Shown here: positions 28,037 to 36,683 of the stretch, one piece after another
Layout of the letters: every line of letters starts with the position of its first letter
How positions within the stretch are numbered: the first letter of the stretch is position 1
DNA from: a virus
Taxonomy: Duplodnaviria; Caudoviricetes
Strand: one strand, 5' to 3'
Length of the DNA stretch: 40,561 bases
Virus record (IMG/VR): IMGVR_UViG_3300028361_000056
Location: 1 to 40,561 of that record
Translations under genes and position numbers: made by a program
Notes under the pieces: model-generated
Told to the model about the DNA's origin: nothing
Seen by the model: the letters and a program-made list of their open reading frames with translations, nothing else
The model's database searches: none

Positions 28037-28342
28037 ATGATAAAGTTCAAAAATTTAATAATAGAGAGAACAGATAAAACTATACACAGTAAAGGTGAAG
28101 TTGTAGCTACTAATTATAAGTTAAAAAAAGATACTAAAGGTTGGTGGAAGTCGAATGGGTTTGCTGATGAGGATTCTCGTATAACGTTAAAAAAGGGAAC
28201 TGTTATAGATGGTGTAATAAAACATTCAAATGAATCATATTCTATGTATTCTGAATTAACAGGTAAACAAATTGGAAGCACTTTATTTTCATCCCAATCC
28301 ACAAGATGGGAAAGTGATGAATTGAAATTCAAAAATAATTAA
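28037..28342 (+). CDS. Small protein with capsid-targeting-like leader
   Basis: MIKFKNLIIE N-terminus. Confidence 0.55.
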   Translation: MIKFKNLIIERTDKTIHSKGEVVATNYKLKKDTKGWWKSNGFADEDSRITLKKGTVIDGVIKHSNESYSMYSELTGKQIGSTLFSSQSTRWESDELKFKNN

Positions 28343-28351
28343 AAAATCACG

Positions 28352-28945
28352 ATGAGAAATCTATTAATAGAAACAAACCTCTTTAAAGGTAAACTGAACG
28401 AAGATGAAAATGGACGTACAATAGTCCGTGGTGTCCTTCAACGTGCAGGTGCACCCAATCAGAACGAAAGAGTATATCCAAGACAAATACTTGAACGGGA
28501 AGCTATCAAATATCAGACTCTAATCAAGGAACGAAGGGCATTGGGTGAGTTAGACCACCCTGATTCATCGGTAATCAATTTAAGGAACGTTTCCCATAAT
28601 ATACGTGAAATACATTGGGAGGGTGATAATTTAATGGGAACTGTAGAGATATTACCAACTCCATCGGGGAACATTCTTAAAGAACTTTTAAGAGCGGGAA
28701 TCCTATTAGGTATATCATCTAGGGGTATGGGTTCTGTTACACCATTAAGAGAAGGCGGTGTAAAAGTTGGTGAAGATTTTGAACTTATAGGTTGGGATTT
28801 TGTATCAAATCCATCTACTCACGGTGCGTTCATGAGTCCTGTTAATGAATCAAAACTACAAAATATCATACCAGTGTGTGATATTTACTGTAAATCACAA
28901 GATTTAATGCGAGAAATAATAATGGAATTAACTCCATTAATATAA
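28352..28945 (+). CDS. gp21: Prohead core protease, T4 gp21-like
   Basis: N.N.RVYP, GELDHP, VSH, TPSG, GISSRGMGS, DFVSNPS. Confidence 0.93.
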   Translation: MRNLLIETNLFKGKLNEDENGRTIVRGVLQRAGAPNQNERVYPRQILEREAIKYQTLIKERRALGELDHPDSSVINLRNVSHNIREIHWEGDNLMGTVEILPTPSGNILKELLRAGILLGISSRGMGSVTPLREGGVKVGEDFELIGWDFVSNPSTHGAFMSPVNESKLQNIIPVCDIYCKSQDLMREIIMELTPLI

Positions 28946-28958
28946 TAACACAAACATT

Positions 28959-29144
28959 ATGAAAGAGAAAAAATTCGATTATAGAAAATACATATCACAA
29001 AATAAATTTGAGATAGGTAAAGTAGACAAGACAAGTAACTTTGTAAATAGTGTTTTCGAAGAGAATTCCGGTGTTGATGGGACACCAAAAAGAAAATTGG
29101 TATCACTTATTGTAGAAAATAATCTTTCAGATTTAAAAAAATAA
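28959..29144 (+). CDS. Small head-cluster protein
   Basis: FDYRKYISQNKFEIG leader shared with the next ORF. Confidence 0.55.
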   Translation: MKEKKFDYRKYISQNKFEIGKVDKTSNFVNSVFEENSGVDGTPKRKLVSLIVENNLSDLKK

Positions 29145-29148
29145 TATA

Positions 29149-29325
29149 ATGGCATTCAATATAGTAGAATATTTAGAAAAAAATAAAATAGAACTAGGTT
29201 CTATTAAGAGGGAAATAGGAACTACAATCTCAAAATCAGGACAAAATGATTTACGACGTACAACTTATGATGTAGAAATTAAAGATGGTAAATTCAATTT
29301 GTCGACCAATACAAAAACAAAATAA
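29149..29325 (+). CDS. Small head-cluster protein (58 aa, not in ORF track)
   Basis: MAFNIVEYLEKNKIELGSIKREIGTTISKSGQNDLRRTTYDVEIKDGKFNLSTNTKTK; fills the gap and resembles the upstream ORF leader. Confidence 0.6.
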   Translation: MAFNIVEYLEKNKIELGSIKREIGTTISKSGQNDLRRTTYDVEIKDGKFNLSTNTKTK

Positions 29326-29332
29326 TAATTCA

Positions 29333-30289
29333 GTGATAAATTTAAAAAAAATATTATTAGAAAAATTCGAGTTGGGAAAAATACAAACTAACCAACACAG
29401 AGCTTTTGCTATAGTTAACGAATCCGATGATGATAAATATTCTCACATTGGGTACGGAAAATATAAAGTAAAAGGAACTGAAAATGATTCTAATGCTATT
29501 GTTTTTACAAAAGATGATAATGGTAAGTATATTCGGGGAAAATCCACAAATTCGGATGAACCTACAAAACCAGTAGTAAACATTTTTGATGAACCCAAGA
29601 AAACTGAACCAAAACCATCAAAACCATCCACCACGGATACAACATCAAAATTAGATACAAAATCATTTGATAATTTTGATAAAATGTTAAATATGGAGGG
29701 AGTCGGGTTTAATGCGGGTATGGCAAATAATTGGTTCGGCAGATATGATTCACAGATTCAAAAATTTGACAAATCACAAATGAAATCACTTGATCAATAT
29801 AGAGATTTGCATTATAATGCAATTAATAAACTGGAAAGAGGTACAGTACCTCAAAGTTGGAAAGATAAAAACAAAAAAAAAGTTTTAGAATTGAAAAAAA
29901 TATCCGATACAATATCATCTAGTATTAAGAATACAAAAACAACAGAAGATATTATTTCATATCGTGGAGTAGATGGATCAAGGGATGAAAAGGTTGCACA
30001 ATTTTTTAATAATCTAAAACCTGGTGATGAATACCAAGATACCGGGTTTTCGTCCACAAGTATAAATAAATCAATCGTAGAGGGAAAATTCAGTGCGACC
30101 AAAGGTAAGGGTGCAAACATAAAAATATTAATTCCGAAGGGTTCAAGTGCATTACCAATGCAAAATATTGGTTCTACATCAACCAAACAAATGTATGATG
30201 ATGAATTCGAAGTATTATTGGATAAGGGTTCAAAATTTAAAGTAATATCAAGAAAAGGAATAAATATAACCGTAATGTTAATACAATAA
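29333..30289 (+). CDS. ADP-ribosyltransferase (R-S-E / VIP2 / Alt-like)
   Basis: SYRG, GFSSTS, ILIPKG, DEFEVLL..GSKFKV. GTG 29333 is preferred over ATG 29285, which lies inside the upstream ORF. Confidence 0.85.
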   Translation: MINLKKILLEKFELGKIQTNQHRAFAIVNESDDDKYSHIGYGKYKVKGTENDSNAIVFTKDDNGKYIRGKSTNSDEPTKPVVNIFDEPKKTEPKPSKPSTTDTTSKLDTKSFDNFDKMLNMEGVGFNAGMANNWFGRYDSQIQKFDKSQMKSLDQYRDLHYNAINKLERGTVPQSWKDKNKKKVLELKKISDTISSSIKNTKTTEDIISYRGVDGSRDEKVAQFFNNLKPGDEYQDTGFSSTSINKSIVEGKFSATKGKGANIKILIPKGSSALPMQNIGSTSTKQMYDDEFEVLLDKGSKFKVISRKGINITVMLIQ

Positions 30290-31191
30290 TGAGAAAGAAT
30301 AAATTTCAAAACGATACCATGGGTGGTTTATCGAAATTAAATACTAATAAAAATTTATCAGAGAGAAAATTGACTGGTATCAAGAACGGTTCTGGTTGGA
30401 CGACTGCAGATTATATAACCTCACCTCATGTGAATTTAAGTGAAACCGTAGGAAAAGTACACTATTCCAAGAAACTAAAGGATGGTACAACATTTCAAGT
30501 AGTAGATAGGGAAACATCAGGTATGAGGGGAAAACAAGATAAGTTTAAAATGCAAACCGTTGATAAAAGTGGAAAAGTTGTAAAGGATTATGGATCACAT
30601 CCAAGTATTAGTGGAGGACCAGCATTTGTTAAGAATTATCTTAAAGAAACTGATAACAATAGAAAAATAAAATCCATATCAGAAAGAAATACATCCAATT
30701 TAATTCAAAGTGTAAAGGAGGGAAGTGGTTGGACAACTGCAGATTATATAACGAACGCACCTCATGTGAATTTAAGTGAAACCGAACGAATTGTAACTCT
30801 ACTTAAATTAGCTAAAGAGGGATGTCTAGTAGATGAAACCAAATTAACCGGAAAGGAACGAAGTAAGAAAGAAATACATCCTTCTAGTTTTATGACGATT
30901 GAGAATGTCAAGAAAAAGTACAGTAAGATAAAGGAAAGATATAAAATACATGAATCAATAAACGAAAGACCCACTATTGATAAACTATATTCAGATGAAA
31001 TATCAAAAGTGACAGGTGCAAGAAGTAAAGCCGTGAATGATTTTATCGAAAGAAATGATTTAGATGATCATAATTTATTTCAATTCCTCATAAAGGGAAG
31101 TATAAAAGATAGGATGAGTTTCATTACCGCATTGGTAGGAAAACCAGGAAACAAGTACGAAAGGGCGCTAATTAGTAAATTAAAGAAATAA
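30289..31191 (+). CDS. Modular head-associated protein with internal duplication
   Basis: GSGWTTADYIT..PHVNLSET occurs twice; the C-terminal module is paralogous to 33176-33412. Confidence 0.6.
   Translation: MRKNKFQNDTMGGLSKLNTNKNLSERKLTGIKNGSGWTTADYITSPHVNLSETVGKVHYSKKLKDGTTFQVVDRETSGMRGKQDKFKMQTVDKSGKVVKDYGSHPSISGGPAFVKNYLKETDNNRKIKSISERNTSNLIQSVKEGSGWTTADYITNAPHVNLSETERIVTLLKLAKEGCLVDETKLTGKERSKKEIHPSSFMTIENVKKKYSKIKERYKIHESINERPTIDKLYSDEISKVTGARSKAVNDFIERNDLDDHNLFQFLIKGSIKDRMSFITALVGKPGNKYERALISKLKK
30393..30784 (+). repeat. Near-identical direct repeats (30393-30448 and 30726-30784)
   Basis: tggttggacRactgcagattatataac..cacctcatgtgaatttaagtgaaaccg in both copies. Confidence 0.9.
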
Positions 31192-31193
31192 TA

Positions 31194-33173
31194 ATGACAA
31201 ACGATGATACACGTGTGGGACGTAAGTTTTCCAATGAAGTAAAAAGACACTTCTTGGAAATAGTATCCACATATTCCAAATATCAGGAACAAATAGATAG
31301 AAAATCGGATATATCCAAGATTGCAGAAACCTTGGGAGGTATTACCGAGGCTGCAAGAGAACTTGCACTTAATGAGGCAGATGATTGGTTCGATGCACAT
31401 ACTGTTAAAAGAAATATGAAAGAGTTGGAAAAACTTGGTAAAGATTTCGATAAAGTAGCAGTCGAATCAAAATCATTAGATGAAAGATTACATGGATTAT
31501 ATGAGGATATGGGGCATATCCTATCAAGGTACTACAAAGTTGGTGAGTTAACGGAGGATGAGGTAAAATCAAGATTAGGTATGAACGAAGGTAAATCCGA
31601 ATCACGACAAACAGCAGTTGCATTTGAAAAGGCAATCCTTGCATTAAGTAGAGTGAAAACCGAAACTTGGATAAATAACCAAGAACATGATCAAATATTA
31701 AAAATACAAAATACCTTATTAAGAATGTCAGCCAAAGCCGAGAAACGTATAATGAACGAATCAATGAACAAACCAAAAAAATCACCGTGTTCATGTGGAT
31801 GTGGCACGTGTGATAGTGTACTAACAGAAAACAAACTAATGGAATCTGCAATGGGAGAATTACAATTACTTGCGAAAGAATCAAATACATTTCAGATATT
31901 CCAAAAATCGGTATATAGAGAATTCCCAAATCTACCAAAAACAAAAGATTCTGTAAAGTGGTTGGAATCATTATATAATACAAACGAATCCATAAACGAA
32001 ACCAAGTTCATTGCATTCTACAATAACAAACAACATGAGATAGAAGGAAAGGATTTATGGGATGCAAAGAAAAAAGCAATTGCACAATTAAAAATACCTA
32101 AATCAAAACAAGGATTGTTATCTATTAAATCATCAGATTCCATGAAAAACCAAGATTTTAGGTATGAAAATATATTAGATGAGATAATTGATGAAGTATT
32201 AGCCGAATCCCGTGAAATAAAAGTTGGTACTAAACTAACCCATAAACACGATAAGAACATATCAATAGAATTAATTAGTACAACTAATAGAGGATGGAAA
32301 GTTAAACAAACAGAACCCAAAGGGCCTCGTTCAACTAAAACCACAACTCAACACTATGATTCACAGGATATAAGTGGTGATAAATCTTTATTCGAATCAA
32401 TAGATCTTAAAGATTTCAAAATAGGTGATTTTGTTTCACTAAAAACTAAAACAGGTGGCTCGGAAGGTTACATTGTAAGCAAACACCCAAGTTTGGGATT
32501 CCAGTTATCGGATCAATGGGGGGGTAGTAATGAAAAAAAATGGTACAATCCAAAGGGATTCAAAAAAAATATAAAATTATCCAAGGATGTGGTTAAATAT
32601 AAACCAGTACTTGATTTAATCAAAAAAAAGGCATTAAAAAACGGTGATCAACAACTGGGTGAATCATTAAACGAAGATGCCAAAAAAGTTTGGAAGAAAA
32701 ATGGAAAGTTATTCGTAGATAGTGATTTTGTTAATTTTTCAAAAGGTAAATTACCAGGAAACGGATTAAAACATGCTGGTTACGGTGATTTTTATTTAGA
32801 TTTAGTTGGTGGTGTAATCACTTTTATGCGACACCATGATAAATTTGATGGTATGAGTGGTAGATCACATACCATGTCAGATGATAAAGGCGGGAAGTTA
32901 ATGGCTCAGTTGATTAAAAAAATGGGTGCTAAAATAATTCAAGAATCCATAAACGAGAACGAAGGTGGAACTAATAGTGCATCTAAACTTGCAAATAAAT
33001 TAAATACAGGTAATGAAACCAAGTTCTATGATGCATTAACATCATTAGAAGAAAAAATGGGATTTAAAGAATACCAAATTTGGTTAACAAACGCATTAAA
33101 GGGTTACGGTTCAAATAGAAAGACATCTAATCAAGGTGAAACAGAAGAGGAATTATTCTTAATATCTAAATAA
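31194..33173 (+). CDS. Modular head-associated protein
   Basis: Helical N-terminal domain followed by about 7 short modules bounded by MNE/LTE/INE/LAE/LFE/LNE/IQE. Confidence 0.6.
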   Translation: MTNDDTRVGRKFSNEVKRHFLEIVSTYSKYQEQIDRKSDISKIAETLGGITEAARELALNEADDWFDAHTVKRNMKELEKLGKDFDKVAVESKSLDERLHGLYEDMGHILSRYYKVGELTEDEVKSRLGMNEGKSESRQTAVAFEKAILALSRVKTETWINNQEHDQILKIQNTLLRMSAKAEKRIMNESMNKPKKSPCSCGCGTCDSVLTENKLMESAMGELQLLAKESNTFQIFQKSVYREFPNLPKTKDSVKWLESLYNTNESINETKFIAFYNNKQHEIEGKDLWDAKKKAIAQLKIPKSKQGLLSIKSSDSMKNQDFRYENILDEIIDEVLAESREIKVGTKLTHKHDKNISIELISTTNRGWKVKQTEPKGPRSTKTTTQHYDSQDISGDKSLFESIDLKDFKIGDFVSLKTKTGGSEGYIVSKHPSLGFQLSDQWGGSNEKKWYNPKGFKKNIKLSKDVVKYKPVLDLIKKKALKNGDQQLGESLNEDAKKVWKKNGKLFVDSDFVNFSKGKLPGNGLKHAGYGDFYLDLVGGVITFMRHHDKFDGMSGRSHTMSDDKGGKLMAQLIKKMGAKIIQESINENEGGTNSASKLANKLNTGNETKFYDALTSLEEKMGFKEYQIWLTNALKGYGSNRKTSNQGETEEELFLISK

Positions 33174-33175
33174 TT

Positions 33176-33412
33176 ATGAAAAATATACAAAAAGAAGGTA
33201 GTGAATCCAAAGGCATTGCACAATTCACAGGAACAAGAGAATCTGCAGTACAGAAATTTTTGGATGATAATAAAATTGATGAATTTAAGTTATTTTCATT
33301 CTTAGCAAAAGGAACATTGAAAGATAGAATGGGATTTGTAACCGCGTTGGTTGGAAATCCAGGAAACAAGTATTTTAAGAATATCGTATCTAAGTTCGGT
33401 AAAAAAAAATAA
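33176..33412 (+). CDS. Stand-alone copy of the KDRM.F.TALVG.PGNKY module
   Basis: Aligns by eye with the last ~65 aa of 30289-31191. Confidence 0.65.
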   Translation: MKNIQKEGSESKGIAQFTGTRESAVQKFLDDNKIDEFKLFSFLAKGTLKDRMGFVTALVGNPGNKYFKNIVSKFGKKK

Positions 33413-33501
33413 ATACGATATCAAAATAAAATAAAATTTAGTGAAAATTGATAAAATTCTATCTTTTTTAAGAATTTTAACACTTTTTTGTATTTTTAAA
33501 A

Positions 33502-33518
33502 TACATTTATATACTTAT
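33502..33518 (+). promoter_or_regulatory. Overlapping variant late-promoter motifs TACATTTATA / TATACTTAT
   Basis: Upstream of the scaffold-capsid pair. Confidence 0.4.
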
Positions 33519-33667
33519 CAGTATATGGTCTATCCAATATAGTCCGAAATGATTAGTTGATTAATGAATATCCGCGTTCTATGTAGGATCACCGAACTTT
33601 CAACTTAAACCTTTCCTATTGAAATTCCCAATAATTTCAGAAAACAAACAAATAAAGTAAAAAACAA

Positions 33668-34855
33668 ATGGCAAATTCAAAATTGTTAAAAAGTGCAATC
33701 GCTGATGCAAAAGCTGTCAGAGAAACTGCAATCGCTAACGCCAAAATCGCCTTAGAAGAAGCTTTCACACCGAGATTACAATCAATATTATCTCAAAAAC
33801 TTCAAACAGAAATGGATGAAGAAGATGAAGAAGATGAATATGATGTAAACGAGGAATACGGAAGTGAAGATGCACCAACAGGTTCATCATCTTCAATCGG
33901 TAAAGGCTCGAACGGTACAGAAAGTGGAACTGATGGTAAACAACCATCCGGTGATGCAACACAATCTCACACAGATTTAGATCCTAATACAGGAAAGATT
34001 TCTGATAAGGTGGGAACAGAAGATGATAACGTATCCGTTGTCACAGAAGAAGAACAAGAGGATGATGATTCCGACGGGGTTATCGATGATCCGACTGGAG
34101 CAATCTACAATGAATCAGATGATGAATTCGATGCAGAATCACAATTTGGTGGTGATGATGAAGAAGAAGATGAAGATGAATTGGACTTGGAATCTATTAT
34201 TCGTGAATTGGAATCCGAAATGGGTGATGATGAAGAAGAATATATGGAGGACGAAGATGAAGTTTCCGATGATGAAGAAGATGCAATTGAAGCATCAACA
34301 AAAGATCATGAGGACGAATTCCATAGTGATGATATTGAAGATGATGATATCGACCTTGATGATGAATTCGATGAAGATGATGATATCGACCTTGATGAAA
34401 TCTTACGTGAAATGGGATATGGTGATGATGATGAAGAAACATTAGAAGAAGAAGGTGATGAATACGATTACGAAGAAAAAGATGCTGAATTAGAAGAAGC
34501 TTACAAAGTTATTAAATCCCTACAAGGAACTATTAATGAAGTAAATCTTTTAAATGCTAAACTTCTTTACAGCAACAAGTTATTCCGTAGTTATGAGTTG
34601 ACCAACGACCAAAAAATGAAAGTAGTTGAGACACTTGATAGAACTTCAAATGTAAGAGAAGTAAAATTAGTATTCGCAACACTTGCTGAATCTTTAAAGT
34701 ACGGAACTAGTACTCATAAGAAAAAATCAAGAAAGATTACTGAAAACTTCGCAAGTAATGTTGTTAAATCAACTGCTCCTAAAAAAATAATAAATGAATC
34801 AACTGATTTCGCTGAAAGATTTAAGACTTTGGCTAACATTGGACAAAAAAAGTAA
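33668..34855 (+). CDS. Prohead scaffold/core protein (gp22-like position)
   Basis: Very D/E-rich centre with helical termini; directly upstream of the major capsid gene. Confidence 0.75.
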   Translation: MANSKLLKSAIADAKAVRETAIANAKIALEEAFTPRLQSILSQKLQTEMDEEDEEDEYDVNEEYGSEDAPTGSSSSIGKGSNGTESGTDGKQPSGDATQSHTDLDPNTGKISDKVGTEDDNVSVVTEEEQEDDDSDGVIDDPTGAIYNESDDEFDAESQFGGDDEEEDEDELDLESIIRELESEMGDDEEEYMEDEDEVSDDEEDAIEASTKDHEDEFHSDDIEDDDIDLDDEFDEDDDIDLDEILREMGYGDDDEETLEEEGDEYDYEEKDAELEEAYKVIKSLQGTINEVNLLNAKLLYSNKLFRSYELTNDQKMKVVETLDRTSNVREVKLVFATLAESLKYGTSTHKKKSRKITENFASNVVKSTAPKKIINESTDFAERFKTLANIGQKK

Positions 34856-34881
34856 TTAATTAATCAAACAAAAACAAAAAA

Positions 34882-36483
34882 ATGGCAAATTTTAATTTAT
34901 CTAAATTAATGGAAGGAAAGAACCCACAATCCGTAATGCTAGAGGAAACTCGTGGATTAAAGAGTAAATGGGAAAAAACTGGACTTCTAGAAGGTTTAGA
35001 CAATAGACAACAATCACAGATTTCTGTATTGTTAGAGAACCAAGCAAAACAATTGCTTGATGAGGCTACCGCTACAGGTACAGCCGCTGGTTCGGAAGAA
35101 TGGAGTGGGGTTGCCCTTCCGTTGGTACGAAGAATTTTTGGTGAAATTGCAGCGAAGGAATTCGTTTCGGTACAACCAATGAACTTACCATCCGGGCTTA
35201 TCTTTTACTTGGATTTCAAATATGGTACTAACCAACCGGGAAATCCATCATTTCAAAATACTTCTTTATTCGGTGGGACAGGTACAAAAATTGGATCAAC
35301 CGATTCAGCGGTAAATGGTTTATATGGTGATGGTAGATACGGTTATACCGTAAACGATCAAAGTGCTACCGTAGCAAATGCAGATTTAACATTCGCTACT
35401 GCTTCTTGGGCAGAGGTTGGGTTCGATTCTTCATTATCCGCATCGGTTGCAGCTTCAAATATTTCAAAAATATCATTCGCAAAAACTGATATTTCAAATC
35501 CAGATTTAGAGGCAGTACGTTCGTTCTACGTATCATCTTCTGCTTTCGCTGTAGCGGATGCGTTCTATCCTGCTCATACAACCACAACTGCAACCGATAT
35601 CGTATTCTTCGCTAATACAGAGGGTATTGATACAGGTGATTTGTTAGTTCAATTTTCAGTTGCAAACGCAGCCGAGAATAGAGGTGATTTCGAGGACAGA
35701 ACTCCAACTGAACCAGCTACCGATATCGGTATCCCAGAAGTTGATTTGGAACTTAAATCAGAGGCGATCGTTGCTAAGACACGTAAATTAAAGGCTGTTT
35801 GGACTCCTGAACTTGCACAAGATTTGAACGCGTATCACAGTATCGATGCTGAAGCTGAATTAACTTCAATGTTATCTGAATATATTTCTTTGGAAATTGA
35901 CTTGGAAATCCTTGATATGTTAAAAACAAATGCTTTAACAACTGAATACTGGTCGGCTACAATCGGTGAAGAATATTCAGCTACTTCTGGACTTTGGTCA
36001 TCTGGTACTGGTGCAGGTGTTGCATACCAAAAGAATACTTGGTTTCAGACACTTGGTGTTAAATTGAACAAAGTATCTAACAAGATACACCAATTAACAC
36101 TTAGAGGTGGTGCTAACTTTATTGTTGCATCTCCGGATGTATGTACTATCTTGGAATCAATCCCTGGATTTACTGTAAACGCTGATAAAGATGCAATGAG
36201 TTTCGCCGCAGGTGTTACCGCCGTTGGTTCTATGTCAAACAGATATACCGTGTACAAAAACCCTTATATGACTTCTAATGAAATCTTATTAGGATTCAAA
36301 GGTTCTAACTTCTTGGAAAGTGGAGCTGTTTATGCACCGTATGTACCGTTAATCATGACTCCACTGGTTTATGATCCTACAAACTTTACACCTCGTCGTG
36401 GAGTTATGACGAGATACGCTAAGAAAATGGTTCGTCCAGAGTTTTATGGTAAGATTTATGTAAAAGATTTAGATAAAATCTAG
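34882..36483 (+). CDS. gp23: Major capsid protein, T4 gp23-like
   Basis: LLENQ, LVRR, VQPM..PSGLIF, AKTRKLKA.WT.ELAQDL.AYH.IDAEAEL, YAPYVPL, P..GVMTRY. Confidence 0.96.
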   Translation: MANFNLSKLMEGKNPQSVMLEETRGLKSKWEKTGLLEGLDNRQQSQISVLLENQAKQLLDEATATGTAAGSEEWSGVALPLVRRIFGEIAAKEFVSVQPMNLPSGLIFYLDFKYGTNQPGNPSFQNTSLFGGTGTKIGSTDSAVNGLYGDGRYGYTVNDQSATVANADLTFATASWAEVGFDSSLSASVAASNISKISFAKTDISNPDLEAVRSFYVSSSAFAVADAFYPAHTTTTATDIVFFANTEGIDTGDLLVQFSVANAAENRGDFEDRTPTEPATDIGIPEVDLELKSEAIVAKTRKLKAVWTPELAQDLNAYHSIDAEAELTSMLSEYISLEIDLEILDMLKTNALTTEYWSATIGEEYSATSGLWSSGTGAGVAYQKNTWFQTLGVKLNKVSNKIHQLTLRGGANFIVASPDVCTILESIPGFTVNADKDAMSFAAGVTAVGSMSNRYTVYKNPYMTSNEILLGFKGSNFLESGAVYAPYVPLIMTPLVYDPTNFTPRRGVMTRYAKKMVRPEFYGKIYVKDLDKI

Positions 36484-36511
36484 TATTTAACAAATATCTT
36501 AAATATTTAAT

Positions 36512-36539
36512 AAAAACCTCCTTAATTGGGGGTTTTTTT
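36512..36539 (+). terminator. Intrinsic terminator after the major capsid gene
   Basis: AAAAACCTCC-TTAATT-GGGGGTTTTTTT hairpin plus T-run. Confidence 0.85.
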
Positions 36540-36619
36540 ATGTCATTTCCGTAATTATTATATCTATACTAAGAAATTAGTTATTCCATGAAATATTTAT
36601 TTGTTAGTGAATCCTAAAA

Positions 36620-36665
36620 TTTAACATAATAAATTTGGAAATATTAACTAATTATCGTATATTGT
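36620..36665 (+). promoter_or_regulatory. Bacteroidota-type promoter with upstream TTTAACA box
   Basis: TTTAACA-N7-TTTG-N20-TATATTGT. Confidence 0.6.
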
Positions 36666-36683
36666 GGGATTAAACCTAAATGA

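Noticed and set aside
34338-34398. Direct repeat gaagatgatgatatcgaccttgatga in the scaffold gene
   Set aside because: Ordinary low-complexity duplication in a D/E-rich linker.
34023-34445. Met/Lys-rich alternate-frame ORF and His-rich antisense ORFs
   Set aside because: By-products of GAT/GAA codon runs in the acidic scaffold gene.
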